A stretch of 64,000 bases of DNA, from contig AP024596.1 of assembly GCA_019704295.1 (NCBI GenBank), positions 896,001-960,000 of the forward strand. The letters run 5' to 3'. The notes beneath the pieces were generated by a model, which saw only the letters and a program-made list of their open reading frames with translations, made no database searches and was not told the DNA's origin. Below are positions 23,220 through 34,248 of the stretch, in pieces. Origin of the DNA: Sulfolobales archaeon HS-7. Lineage in GTDB: Archaea > Thermoproteota > Thermoprotei_A > Sulfolobales > Sulfolobaceae. The position numbers and the translations under genes were made by a program. Position 1 is the stretch's first letter. Each line of letters starts with the position of its first letter.

Positions 23220-23707
23220 TACTTACCCCCCTGCTGTGCGCCTCCAGGCTGGGCTGCTCTCTTCTTGGAGACTCCAACAGTTCCGCCGGAACGTCCAGTA
23301 GTCCTTGTTCTTTGACCTCTAACTTTTAATCCTAAGGAGTGTCTAACCCCTTTCCAACTTCTTATTTTCTTTTCCCTCTCGATATCTCTTTTGGCATAAA
23401 ATATTAATTCAGACGTAACTAAGTGAATGTCCGCTCCTTCTTCATAATCTTTTCTTCTATTTAAAATCCACGAGGGTATTTTTTCAATTTTCTTTGAAGT
23501 TATGATATTTTCAATTTTCTTTAGCTCACCTTCAGTTAATTCACCTAGTCGTTTATTGGCATCGATGTTTAGTATATAACATAACGCCTTTGCTGTATTA
23601 TATCCTATACCCTTTATTGATAGTAAAGCATAAGGAACTTTCTCATTACCTGATATGTCAACACCAGCTATCCTTATTATATGCCTGAACTCTTCTCTCG
23701 TACTCAT
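23219..23707 (-). CDS. rps13: 30S ribosomal protein S13
   Basis: [26 protein letters not shown]. Confidence 0.98.
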   Translation of the reverse strand: MSTREEFRHIIRIAGVDISGNEKVPYALLSIKGIGYNTAKALCYILNIDANKRLGELTEGELKKIENIITSKKIEKIPSWILNRRKDYEEGADIHLVTSELIFYAKRDIEREKKIRSWKGVRHSLGLKVRGQRTRTTGRSGGTVGVSKKRAAQPGGAQQGGK

Positions 23708-23745
23708 TATTTACTCAAAACTACATAACATAACATATTTTTAAA

Positions 23746-25035
23746 TTAGTCGTTAAAATGGGAAAGGGATTTCAACACATTATCTATTTTTTTCTTTACT
23801 ATATTCCATGCAATTTTAGACCTGTAATCAATTTCCTCCTCGGTAAACTTGCTACTAAAACCAATAGCTTTCTTAACTGGAGTATAGGGCGATTCCCTAA
23901 ATTTCACCGGTTCTGGCTTAAGTTGATCTTCATCCTTAACTAGAAGCGGAGCGTTATTCCTCGATACGTAACCAATTTCTTTAGCCTCTATTCCATTGCC
24001 CTTTAAGATTTCGATTATCTCTTCTGCCCTATTCGTAAATATTAATATCGAGTCTATTGAAATGCCTAGAGGATCTATTTCATTATTAAGGAGTAATTTG
24101 AGGATATCACTATCTATAACTTTTATAAAATCGTCTCTATTAATAACAATGGAATTCCCTGTTATTTTAAAAATTTCATTAGCATCCCCTCGAATACCGC
24201 CGTTAGTCACATCAGTCATAGAATCAACTAGTTCGGTACCTTCCTCAATCGCTACCCTGCAAGCTTTCAAATCATCTAGGTTTAGTGTTTTTTCAACTAG
24301 CTCTGGTGCACCATAGTAAATAGCTATAGTAGATATGGTTCCTCCACCAAGGCCTTTAGTAGCGACTATTTTCATCCCACTCTTTATATTTTGTCGTGAG
24401 AAAAACTTCTTACCTATTTTTCCTACAGCCCCGACGCCTCCAGTGATTCTTTCTCCAATTACAAGATCTCCTCCTATGCGTAACGTACTTCCTCCTAGAA
24501 TTGGAACGCCAGTTGCTAACGACACAGTTATTACCCCCCCTTCGAAATCATAAAGCATTCCGATATCACTATCGTCAGACAGATGTATGTCTACTAAAAG
24601 TCCTAAGGGCTTGCCTCCTTTAACCATAATATCCCTTAATGTAGCCCTTGTCACATGGAATCCCGCAATAAATGGAAAATAGCTTAGCCTTGAGTGCATT
24701 CCATCTATTGATGCTATAATATCGTTGTTTACTCCCGCATCGTCAAAATAATTCTTACTGCTTACATATATTGAGTGAATTATGAAGTCTCCTAATCCTC
24801 TTGATCCTAAGCCCCCCTGACCAGCTGTAATTCCAGTTATAGGGTAACTGAGAATAGGCTCTCTACTTGCCTCTAAAGATCTGTGAGCTTCCTTTACTAT
24901 CTCTTTACTAACTCCTTCATTAATATTATTATTATTTCCTTTATAAAAATCCAGGGCATTTTTAATCTTATGTTCAACTATATCATCCTTAAATCCCCTT
25001 AAGATAAGCTTTCGCGTATAGCCCTCTAGATCCAT
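23746..25035 (-). CDS. AIR synthase (PurM-like)-related protein of unknown function
   Basis: GSRGLGDF, DDAG, IDGMHSRL, DIMVKG, MTDVTNGG. Confidence 0.8.
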   Translation of the reverse strand: MDLEGYTRKLILRGFKDDIVEHKIKNALDFYKGNNNNINEGVSKEIVKEAHRSLEASREPILSYPITGITAGQGGLGSRGLGDFIIHSIYVSSKNYFDDAGVNNDIIASIDGMHSRLSYFPFIAGFHVTRATLRDIMVKGGKPLGLLVDIHLSDDSDIGMLYDFEGGVITVSLATGVPILGGSTLRIGGDLVIGERITGGVGAVGKIGKKFFSRQNIKSGMKIVATKGLGGGTISTIAIYYGAPELVEKTLNLDDLKACRVAIEEGTELVDSMTDVTNGGIRGDANEIFKITGNSIVINRDDFIKVIDSDILKLLLNNEIDPLGISIDSILIFTNRAEEIIEILKGNGIEAKEIGYVSRNNAPLLVKDEDQLKPEPVKFRESPYTPVKKAIGFSSKFTEEEIDYRSKIAWNIVKKKIDNVLKSLSHFND

Positions 25036-25137
25036 AGAGTTACTTACAGGAAGGTATAAATAAGCCTCTCGGAGTCTTCATTTCAATATTACGCTTATAG
25101 CGAACTATATAAAAACATAGCTTTTCACACTAGATTT

Positions 25138-26064
25138 CTAGTTACCAACGCGTATTTCATTTATAGCATTTCTTAAATCATTAATATCAATATCCTTTAC
25201 CCCGTAAATTCCTGTCAGAGCGTTAATTATTTCTAAATATCTAACCTCTATAACATTTTTTGGTGGTAATACTGAGGAAAGAGCGAGTTCAGTTATTCCA
25301 GCGTACCCAGGAATAGGTATAAATGACGCCACTTGATAAAGCTGATTAGCAAGTAGTGCAGTTAAATAATGATTGGTATATATGATGAAAGGTATTGCCA
25401 CAATTAGGTATCCAATAGTTGTAAGGATTATACCTATTAAAACCATTTCTTTATAAACAGATATTTTTTTGAAATCACCTTTAAATTCAGAATAGAACCG
25501 GTTCAAGTCGATATTAATTGGTAATTTACTTAATAAAAAAGCCTCAACTCTATTGATTCTACTCGATAAGTGGAAGTACCCAACTAGCGCAATCCAAAAT
25601 ATTAGATTAGCTAATGCTATGAGAAAGAATATTACTGTGCCGACGTTTAAAAACACTAAAAATAAAAAAATATATAATCCATTTCCTGCTATGCCATCAA
25701 AAAAGGCCTCAATTAAAGACGACGCAAAAGACTCATGTACTTTAGCTCCCTTTCTTTGGTAATAAAGGGCTCGGGTTAGGTCACCTCCTACTGTGCCAGG
25801 AATAATAAATCCAATGAAATTGGAGGCAACTCTAGCTCTGAAAGCATACAGACGTGATATTTTAATTTTAGATATGCGCTTTACAATGTAACTATCCCTT
25901 ATTGATAAAACGTAACATTGTAACATGTAAGCTCCAATAAAGTAAGCATATTCCTCAGGCTTTACACTTTCTAAAGCATTGATCAGACTAACATGAGTGA
26001 TAAGAGAGTATACGTATAGGATTAGCGGAATTAATACTATTACAACTATCGTCTTCTTATCCAC
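25138..26064 (-). CDS. UPF0104 / lysylphosphatidylglycerol-synthase TM domain (flippase-like) protein
   Basis: Multi-TM with PGTVGGD..R and PIPGYAGITE. Confidence 0.75.
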   Translation of the reverse strand: MDKKTIVVIVLIPLILYVYSLITHVSLINALESVKPEEYAYFIGAYMLQCYVLSIRDSYIVKRISKIKISRLYAFRARVASNFIGFIIPGTVGGDLTRALYYQRKGAKVHESFASSLIEAFFDGIAGNGLYIFLFLVFLNVGTVIFFLIALANLIFWIALVGYFHLSSRINRVEAFLLSKLPINIDLNRFYSEFKGDFKKISVYKEMVLIGIILTTIGYLIVAIPFIIYTNHYLTALLANQLYQVASFIPIPGYAGITELALSSVLPPKNVIEVRYLEIINALTGIYGVKDIDINDLRNAINEIRVGN

Positions 26065-26160
26065 GTTTACAATTTACCAATTACCTGATTTTTAAGCTAT
26101 TTGTTCTTGGAGGGAAGGTGATTTTACGTTAAAATAATAATACAATTGATATCTTATTTA

Positions 26161-27372
26161 CTAGCTAAATATATCTGTGAAGCTTAGTAGTTCCAATTGA
26201 GATGGTTTCTCAGCAATACCACCTACCCTAGCACCTATAATTAGTCTTACGTTTTTCATAACCGCAAGGTCTACTAAACGTTGCGTAACGACGCCGTCAA
26301 ATATGATATATGCTACCTTGCTATCTTGATAGGATTCAAGTTTTGAGATGATTTCCCTTACTTGCAGTTTTTCTATTGGTTCCCACGCGTCATTGTAAAA
26401 TATTCCCTCCAAAGTTCCTGGTAACTTCTTTATTTCCTCAATTACTGGTTGAGGTAATCTCACCAGTTCCACTACAGTATGTGTTTCAACTTTAGGTATT
26501 GCTTGTGCTACTACTTGAGCTTGAATAACTTCTGCTTCCCTTTTCTCAGTCTCAATCTTCTTTATATATGCTGCTAATGGAATAGCATTTGCTAGGGATT
26601 TTGATATCTCTTTACCTGTGAGCTCCTCTACTTCTCTTCCTGTGGGGGCGCGCGCGACATAGTCTACTTTTACATCGGCGTCAATAAGTTCCCTTAATAT
26701 CATCTCTCCGCCTCTATCACCATCCGTAAAGGCTATTACCATCTTCTTTTGCTTAGATAATTTTACCAGACTTTTAGGGATTTTGCCCGTAGCTCCACCA
26801 ACGGCTACTGTATTTTTATATCCATATCTAAGTAGATTTATGATGTCCGCTCTCCCCTCTACAATTATTAAGTTTGGATCCTTCTCGACATCCGGTCCAG
26901 CAGGTAGCCTATCTGGTCCCCATTCGGTTATCTCTCCTGTTTTTACTGCGTTAGAGATATCATTTATTACCTCTCTGATATCAATGGTTTTGCTTTTCCA
27001 ATTGGAGAGAATGTCTACGGCCCTTTCCTTAATCTTTTTTAGTTTTTCTTCTCTTATATCTTCTATTTCAACTAGTTGAAATTTTGCGTTGTAAGGACCA
27101 ACTTTATCAACGTTCTCAATCATTGCAGCAATTAACGAAGTCTCAACTCGATCTAGATTAGAGGGGACTACCATTTCTCCAATGGTTTTATTATGTGATT
27201 GCTGTTCTCTCGTTTCCACTATAATTCTTCCTATTCTACCCTTATCTTGTAGTTCCCTTAAATCAAAGTCTTCACCAAATAGGTTTTCTGTTTGACCAAA
27301 TATCGCTCCTATTATATCTGGCTTATCTACTTTTCCTTCTATCTCGAATTTCACCTTTATATTATATTTCAT
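26161..27372 (-). CDS. dnaG: archaeal DnaG (TOPRIM; exosome-associated)
   Basis: GAIFGQTE, VEGRADI, DGDRGG, FDGVVTQRL. Confidence 0.97.
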   Translation of the reverse strand: MKYNIKVKFEIEGKVDKPDIIGAIFGQTENLFGEDFDLRELQDKGRIGRIIVETREQQSHNKTIGEMVVPSNLDRVETSLIAAMIENVDKVGPYNAKFQLVEIEDIREEKLKKIKERAVDILSNWKSKTIDIREVINDISNAVKTGEITEWGPDRLPAGPDVEKDPNLIIVEGRADIINLLRYGYKNTVAVGGATGKIPKSLVKLSKQKKMVIAFTDGDRGGEMILRELIDADVKVDYVARAPTGREVEELTGKEISKSLANAIPLAAYIKKIETEKREAEVIQAQVVAQAIPKVETHTVVELVRLPQPVIEEIKKLPGTLEGIFYNDAWEPIEKLQVREIISKLESYQDSKVAYIIFDGVVTQRLVDLAVMKNVRLIIGARVGGIAEKPSQLELLSFTDIFS

Positions 27373-27378
27373 GTGTAA

Positions 27379-28446
27379 TCACCTACTGATATTCTCTGAT
27401 ATTCCCGACACGAGCTCTTTTACACCTGACTCTTTCTCTAACCTATCCCTTATAGGTTTTATAATCTCAATCAAAGTATTGACAGTACTCCTCTTTAAAT
27501 CCAACGGGTGAAGATCACCATTGGAATATAGTTTCTCTAACTCAGTGTATGATGCTATTTCTATATCTCCACCGTATTTCATTGGCCTTTCAATCACTAT
27601 TCGCCCCTTAATAGGCAGAACGATGTATCTGTTTATATCTACTATTGGATTCCCCTCAATTTCTTTTGGCGGACAGTAAGCACTCATGATTTTTTTATTA
27701 ATCTCATCGTCAGTATCATGAAGAAATACTGCATTCTCTGGTTTTGATTTACTCATCTTTAGTTCCGCTAACTTTTCGTCGTCTACAGTTTCCATTCTCT
27801 CGCCTCCTTTTAAGCCTACAAGTAAAGGAGTATGTACGGCTATGACCTTCTTTCTATGGAATTTCTCAGCTATTTCCCTTGCTAATATATGGGCCTTGCG
27901 TTGATCTAACCCTCCTAGTGCTATGTCGAGATCCATATAGAATATATCAGCTACCTGCATAGCAGGATATATCAACTTTGAGGCATCTATTTCTGATTCT
28001 TCTGCTTTCCTTCCCATGATAGTCATAGCCCTTTTCATCCTAGCTAAAGAGGTGTTCTTTGAAACCTTTATTACTGTAGCCCAGTATTCTTTCTGTGAGA
28101 CTAATTCTTCAGCATCTACGTATTCAACATTACTAACCCCCAGTAAACTTAATACATATTCTGTATATTTAGCTACTCTCTTAATTTTTTCTAAGTCACC
28201 CTTCATTTTATCATTAATCCAAGCGTGCCACGTTCCTTCCAATATTTTCATCTTTATACCAGCCTCGGTCAAATCCCTTACCTTTAAGGCCCATATTACC
28301 CAGCCTAAATGGAACAGACCGCTGGGTTCAAAGCCGATATAACCCGTCAATTTTCTTTCTGATAAGAGAGCCTCTCTTAGCTCATCTTCTGATATTATTT
28401 CGATCGTGTTACGAGAGATGAGCGTAAATTTGTCGATATTTTGCAT
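27379..28446 (-). CDS. tyrS: tyrosyl-tRNA synthetase
   Basis: YIGFEPSG..HLG, YPAMQVAD, GG.DQRK.H, KMSKS. Confidence 0.97.
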   Translation of the reverse strand: MQNIDKFTLISRNTIEIISEDELREALLSERKLTGYIGFEPSGLFHLGWVIWALKVRDLTEAGIKMKILEGTWHAWINDKMKGDLEKIKRVAKYTEYVLSLLGVSNVEYVDAEELVSQKEYWATVIKVSKNTSLARMKRAMTIMGRKAEESEIDASKLIYPAMQVADIFYMDLDIALGGLDQRKAHILAREIAEKFHRKKVIAVHTPLLVGLKGGERMETVDDEKLAELKMSKSKPENAVFLHDTDDEINKKIMSAYCPPKEIEGNPIVDINRYIVLPIKGRIVIERPMKYGGDIEIASYTELEKLYSNGDLHPLDLKRSTVNTLIEIIKPIRDRLEKESGVKELVSGISENISR

Positions 28447-28916
28447 ATGCTGTTATCATCGTTTCTAATTAAAAAACTATGATAACTACTAAAGCTGGAG
28501 AGTATAATATTAAGAAAACCGAAATCTGAAATTAATACACTTTCCTGGCCTTTATCTCAAATCTATAGTTGTTCTTAAGACTTTGGTTATAAAAATGAGG
28601 AAGGTCTACAGTTTCTTAATACGATTTGCATTAGGTGTCAAAAATATGAAAAAATTTAGAACTAATTAAATCATTAATATTTAATATTATTATAAATTAA
28701 TAGATATATAAATTCTTTGGATAAAATTAATATTACTAGGACTTTCTAGTCCCTAAGTGAATTGAACACTAAAATATTTCCGAAATCTTACTGTAAAAAC
28801 CCACTAATAAATCGTTAAGAAACTTATCTATTTAAGTATAATATAGAAGGTTAATCGTAATCAAGGCAAGCTAATGTTTTAATAAAAGTTATAAGTTATG
28901 ACAATATCCTTAACAT

Positions 28917-31562
28917 GTGAAGTTGGAATATCTTGTAGTCTTCCTTTTGCTTTCAACACTATTTATGATAACTAGTTTTCCCGTAGCGGACAGCGCAACT
29001 TCCGTCCCGGTTGGAATAGCTTCAACGGGTTCGTATTCATGGGGAGGTGAATACACAGTAAATACCTCTTTAGTATCGGGCTATAATTTAATTCAAACTA
29101 TTGATGATGAGGGTAATGCAACGCTTCAACTTAATGCTATTCTAGTGGTTAATACAGTTTCCAGCACGCAAACGTTCCTTTTACAGAATGAAATACGATT
29201 CAAGGGAGAGTATTTTCAGGACGTCGATAGAGTGATAAATATAACTTCAGGGTCCAACTATATAAGAGCTGTAGGCAAAGGTTCAATAAAAGGAAACGTT
29301 TATTGTTATAAGGGAATAAAAGGGGTAATTTCTCTACCTCTTCTATCTGTTATTAATATCTCGATAGGTAAGGTAAACGGGAATATATTAATTCAGTTCA
29401 ACAACAGTAATATAGGAGGAATTCTAGATCAAGTAAGACTACAAATTTCATCCCTTTCATCATATATATATGTAAATGATAGTAGAACTCCATCCGGATA
29501 TTACTACGACGTAGAAATGGTATGGGGTGGTACAGGGGGTGCCATTATCAATTTTTTAGATCTTAATGATACGATGGCATTGTATTATCTTAATAGGGGT
29601 GTCTTAATAGCATTTCCGTCTGTTATAAATTACGGTCTGAATACATTAGATAGAGCAATAGGATTAGGAGTATCTTTACTAGGTAACGGAAACGCTGACG
29701 TAACTACATCGTCTTCCTATACGCCTGGTTATCTTACGAATTGTTTCATGCCCTCCGGTCCAGGTTTTGAGATAGTGAGGGTTGTAAATAGCGAACAATA
29801 CTATGTAAATGGGAAGACGTTTAGCGGTAATAACACTTTCGCATTCTCTTCTCCATTTCTGTTAAACGTTAGTATTAGTAAAACTGTTAGGGATTACACA
29901 CTCTATACTTATTATTTAAAAGTATTTTACTTAAATAATAAAACATATAATCTCTTTCCTGGTAACTCGTCTTTTACATATATTCCTTTTCTAAGAGAGA
30001 TAGTCTATACGGTAAATGAGACCCTTTACTATGTCAGGACACCTACTCCTCTCCTGGGTTATATTAACGGTATTTTACGGAATATAACTTCTGGCTTTTA
30101 CTTGAAAGGGACTAATATAACATTTATTCCTGAACAGGTGAGAAACCTAACTTATGATGAGAGAGTAGCGTTAATCCCAATCCCTTCATCATTGATTTTA
30201 ACTAGTCCCGTTAACGTTACAGTCGGAAGTGAGCTACAATATTACATTGAAGTGATTTCGCCTATCCCCTTATACGCAATTTATAATGGAAATAACATTA
30301 GTCTGATTAGTGGATGGTATAATAACGGTTCAGTTTTAACTATTCAGAATATATCTTACTATGTCACGAGTAATGAAAGGTACGTCATCTCGAGAGTCCT
30401 ACCAACAACTTCCTTTAGTGTTGAAGCACCATTGGTGGTAAACATATCAGTTGTTAAGCAGGTTTTCGTAAGGTTCTTGCCATACAAATACATTCAAGCT
30501 AAAGTTAATGGCGAACTTGAGAATATTTCTAATGGGTGGTATAATTTAGACACAACCATAGTTATAGACCCAGGTATTTATACGTTTAATGCAACTAGGG
30601 TTATTGTAAATTCTACCGTTGATATTTTAATACAACGACCCATTAATATTACTATACCCGAAAAGGTGTTATTCAAGGTCACGTTTCAGTATCCATTAAA
30701 TGTGTTGTATAATGGTACCGAAATCAAAGCTGATTCCCTATGGGTTTACAACGATTCTACAGTAACTATAGAGAAAGGATACGTAAGTTTAGGAAATGGT
30801 GAAAGAATCTATGTATTAACACCTCTTCAATTAGTTGTCACTTCACCGTTGACACCTAAGATAAAATTCGTCATTCAGTATTATGTAAACGTTTCAAAAC
30901 AAATACCCGCATATATTAATGGTACTTTAGGTACACTCGTTTCGGGGTGGTATAATAGTAATACTACGATAAATATAGTTAATATCTCGTTAATAGCTAA
31001 CGACATTAGGGAAGTAGTAATAGCATACCCATCATACTTTTTAGTGAATAAACCTATCTTAGTTATTGTCTCGGTAACTTATCAGGATTATGTTAATGTA
31101 AGCTCTGAAATTAAGCCATATGCTATTATTAATGGTAATGAAACTGTATTCAAGTCAGGGTGGTATAATAATAATACTATTGTAAGAATACTGTCGTATA
31201 CTTCGTACTCGTCTGAGTATAAACCAAACCCGATGCTTGTTATAATAACTCACCCTGCAAATATTATTGTCAACTGGAATATTTATTATTCCGTAACGAT
31301 AAATAATGTTACACAGTGGTATGAAAACGGGACTGTGCTGAGAGTCGCCTTACATCTACCCTTCTATGAAAGAGCAGAGCTAATTGGAACGGAAAACGTT
31401 TCTGTTGAGAAAAGTCTCCTTGTGAACCAGCCACTGATCGAGCACGTTAGAATTTTTATCGACTATAACTCCTTTATATTTCCAACGCTTTTAGTGATAC
31501 TCGCTCTAATACTTTCACTATTCGCCAAGAGAGCTAAGGAATTCTATGAGGCGCAACAGTAA
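28917..31562 (+). CDS. thermopsin-family (peptidase A5-like) secreted, C-terminally anchored protein with repeats
   Basis: Signal peptide; PVGIAS, TLQLNA, EMVWGG; about 7 repeats with SGWYN cores; C-terminal TM helix followed by KR; many NxS/T sequons. Confidence 0.8.
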   Translation: MKLEYLVVFLLLSTLFMITSFPVADSATSVPVGIASTGSYSWGGEYTVNTSLVSGYNLIQTIDDEGNATLQLNAILVVNTVSSTQTFLLQNEIRFKGEYFQDVDRVINITSGSNYIRAVGKGSIKGNVYCYKGIKGVISLPLLSVINISIGKVNGNILIQFNNSNIGGILDQVRLQISSLSSYIYVNDSRTPSGYYYDVEMVWGGTGGAIINFLDLNDTMALYYLNRGVLIAFPSVINYGLNTLDRAIGLGVSLLGNGNADVTTSSSYTPGYLTNCFMPSGPGFEIVRVVNSEQYYVNGKTFSGNNTFAFSSPFLLNVSISKTVRDYTLYTYYLKVFYLNNKTYNLFPGNSSFTYIPFLREIVYTVNETLYYVRTPTPLLGYINGILRNITSGFYLKGTNITFIPEQVRNLTYDERVALIPIPSSLILTSPVNVTVGSELQYYIEVISPIPLYAIYNGNNISLISGWYNNGSVLTIQNISYYVTSNERYVISRVLPTTSFSVEAPLVVNISVVKQVFVRFLPYKYIQAKVNGELENISNGWYNLDTTIVIDPGIYTFNATRVIVNSTVDILIQRPINITIPEKVLFKVTFQYPLNVLYNGTEIKADSLWVYNDSTVTIEKGYVSLGNGERIYVLTPLQLVVTSPLTPKIKFVIQYYVNVSKQIPAYINGTLGTLVSGWYNSNTTINIVNISLIANDIREVVIAYPSYFLVNKPILVIVSVTYQDYVNVSSEIKPYAIINGNETVFKSGWYNNNTIVRILSYTSYSSEYKPNPMLVIITHPANIIVNWNIYYSVTINNVTQWYENGTVLRVALHLPFYERAELIGTENVSVEKSLLVNQPLIEHVRIFIDYNSFIFPTLLVILALILSLFAKRAKEFYEAQQ

Positions 31563-31571
31563 AACTATTTC

Positions 31572-32480
31572 CTATTTAACAATTTTATTTTGACTAACTC
31601 TCACAGAGCTTTCTATTGCAGCTACAGCCTCCATTATGATTTTAGAACCTAAAATCGAGGTAATATTCGAAGTATCTACGATTGGGGATATTTCAACAAT
31701 ATCCATTCCAATTACTTTTTCAGTTATTATATATTGAAGTATGTCGAGTAATTCGGGCGTAGATAAACCGTCAGGTTCAGGTGTCTGGGCACCTGGAGCA
31801 TACGCTGGATCTAAAACGTCTATATCAAACGATACGTAAATATTTTTACAAGTATTCTCAAACTCTCTTACTCTCTTAGCCACGTCTCTTATTCCTAACC
31901 TCCTTATTTCATAAGATGTAACGAAATCTATGCCATTGTTTCTTGCATATTGAACTTCCTCCCTAGTAACAGCTCTAGTACCTATTTCCATTATTTTTAC
32001 TCCTTTTTCACTTATTCGCCTCATTACGCTTGCATGATCAAAAGGATCTCCTAAGTAATCTTCTCTGAGATCTAGATGAGCGTCAAAACTTACCACACAT
32101 GTTTCCTGTTCAAATGCATCAATTATCCCCTGAGTTATGGTGTGCTCCCCTCCTATGGTTATTGGGAACTTTCCTAGAGAAAGTATGTAACCTATTACAT
32201 TTCTTATTCTTTTTAATGATTCCTGTATATTTGACGGATGGAGAATAATATCGCCGAAATCCCTAAAACCTATATCCCCTATATCAATGCCTTGCCTTAA
32301 AGAGTAAAATTCTATGTACTGTGCTGCCTGCCTTATAGATGACGGAGCAAATCTTGTCCCAGGTCTATAAGAACTAGTTACGTCTAACGGTGCGCCAACG
32401 ATTGCATATTTAGATTCCTTTTTTTCAAAACCCGCGAACTTTAGTGTGTCCTCGTTTAAATAAAGTAAAGCTGATTCCAT
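31572..32480 (-). CDS. speB: agmatinase
   Basis: GGEHT, DAHLD, SFDIDVLDP, TPEPDG; start set to ATG 32480. Confidence 0.93.
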   Translation of the reverse strand: MESALLYLNEDTLKFAGFEKKESKYAIVGAPLDVTSSYRPGTRFAPSSIRQAAQYIEFYSLRQGIDIGDIGFRDFGDIILHPSNIQESLKRIRNVIGYILSLGKFPITIGGEHTITQGIIDAFEQETCVVSFDAHLDLREDYLGDPFDHASVMRRISEKGVKIMEIGTRAVTREEVQYARNNGIDFVTSYEIRRLGIRDVAKRVREFENTCKNIYVSFDIDVLDPAYAPGAQTPEPDGLSTPELLDILQYIITEKVIGMDIVEISPIVDTSNITSILGSKIIMEAVAAIESSVRVSQNKIVK

Positions 32481-32534
32481 AAAGCGATCCTTTTTGATCA
32501 AGTTAATAAGCATCACATTGTAGAATATAAGCCG

Positions 32535-34226
32535 ATGAGTACTGTTGAAGATAAAGTGGAGAGAGTCACGGGAGTCGCCTTAAAGAGGGGACTCTTTTGG
32601 CCCTCATTTGAAATATATGGAGGAGTTGCCGGTCTCTACGACATAGGACCTGTAGGTGTTAGAATAAAGAATAGAATTGTAAAATTATGGCGAGATATAG
32701 TTATTAGGGAAAACGACGACCTTGTAATGGAAGTTGAGACACCTATAATTACGCCAGAAGCCGTACTCAAAGCTAGTGGTCACGTAGATCACTTTACGGA
32801 TCCAGTCGTTGAGTGCATGCAGTGTCACAGAGTTTTCAGGGCAGATCACTTAGTAGAAGAGAAATTGAAGATTAATGCAGAAGGACTTGCCGTTAACGAA
32901 TTAACACAGATCATATCAACCAATAAAATAAAGTGTCCTTACTGCGATGGTGAATTAGGCCCGGTTACAACATTTAATCTGTTATTTAAGACAATAATAG
33001 GTCCGTATTCAGGTTCAACCGGTTACATGCGTCCAGAAACGGCTCAGGGAATATTTACCTCATTTAAGAGGGTTTTTGAAAGTAGTAGGGAGTCATTACC
33101 ATTGGGCATAGCACAGATTGGCAGAGTAGGCAGGAATGAAATATCTCCCAGACAGAACCTAATAAGAATGAGAGATTTTACCATAATGGAGCTGGAATTT
33201 TTCTTTGATACAAGTCAGAAGAGGAACATTCCATGGGAAAGAGTAGAAAAAGTGAAGATTAAAGTGCTAGACCTTGATATGAAGAGGCAAGGAGAAAAAC
33301 CTAACGAGTACAAACCACACGAGTTAGCTACCAGTGGGAAGGTTTTGGATGAGTGGATGGCCTATTGGATGGGCGTATCTCAGAAATTCGTAGAAAAACT
33401 AGGCATAAAAAATTCTTATTTTGAGGAGAAATCTCCAGAGGAAAGAGCTCATTACTCCAAGCAGACTTTTGATTTAATGGTTGATATTAATGGAACAAGT
33501 GTTGAAATTTCTGGCATAGCCTATCGAGGAGATTACGATCTTAGCGCACACATGAATGCGACTGGAAAGGACCTAACAGTATTCAAACGTTACGACACTC
33601 CTAAGACTATTAAGAAGGACATTATTTTAATAGATAAGAGTAAATTAATAAAAGCGTTTGGAGAGAGAGGCAAATCAATAATTGAAAAATTAAGTCGTAT
33701 GACAAAAGACGAATTAGAAGGAATTGTACTATCCCGGAAGGCTGTTGACGACGTAATAATAGCCGAATACGCTATAATTAATCAAACAGAAGAGAAGGTA
33801 TCTGGTGAAAGGATAGTTCCTCATGTTATAGAACCCTCGTTTGGAGTTGAAAGGTGTTTTTATTTGTCCTTAATAAATTCATTCAGAATAAAGGAAAACA
33901 GAAATATTCTCTCTCTACCTCCTGAGATAGCTCCTTTTGATTTAGCAGTTTTCCCACTTTTAGAGAGACAGCCGCTAATCGACAAAAGCAAAGAATTAGT
34001 TAGATTAGTTAAGGATTCAGGATATGAAGTATTTTATGACGAAAGTGGAAGTATAGGAAAGAGATATGCGAGGGCCGATGAGATAGGTATTCCCTTGGCA
34101 ATAACGGTAGATCCCCAGACTTTAGATGATAACACTGTTACAATAAGAAATAGGGACACATGGGAGCAGGTCAGGGTTCATGTGAATAACATTTTAATGA
34201 CCTTGGGAGAACTATTACATGGTTAA
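32535..34226 (+). CDS. glyS: glycyl-tRNA synthetase (alpha2 type)
   Basis: SGHVDHFTD, RPETAQG, RNEISPRQ, ERAHYS, IEPSFG, RYARADEIG. Confidence 0.97.
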   Translation: MSTVEDKVERVTGVALKRGLFWPSFEIYGGVAGLYDIGPVGVRIKNRIVKLWRDIVIRENDDLVMEVETPIITPEAVLKASGHVDHFTDPVVECMQCHRVFRADHLVEEKLKINAEGLAVNELTQIISTNKIKCPYCDGELGPVTTFNLLFKTIIGPYSGSTGYMRPETAQGIFTSFKRVFESSRESLPLGIAQIGRVGRNEISPRQNLIRMRDFTIMELEFFFDTSQKRNIPWERVEKVKIKVLDLDMKRQGEKPNEYKPHELATSGKVLDEWMAYWMGVSQKFVEKLGIKNSYFEEKSPEERAHYSKQTFDLMVDINGTSVEISGIAYRGDYDLSAHMNATGKDLTVFKRYDTPKTIKKDIILIDKSKLIKAFGERGKSIIEKLSRMTKDELEGIVLSRKAVDDVIIAEYAIINQTEEKVSGERIVPHVIEPSFGVERCFYLSLINSFRIKENRNILSLPPEIAPFDLAVFPLLERQPLIDKSKELVRLVKDSGYEVFYDESGSIGKRYARADEIGIPLAITVDPQTLDDNTVTIRNRDTWEQVRVHVNNILMTLGELLHG

Positions 34227-34248
34227 CGTAGTTTGGGGTAAGATCGTT

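Noticed and set aside
28447-28916. Very AT-rich spacer as a possible replication origin
   Set aside because: No ORB-like repeats recognised and no adjacent cdc6/whiP gene
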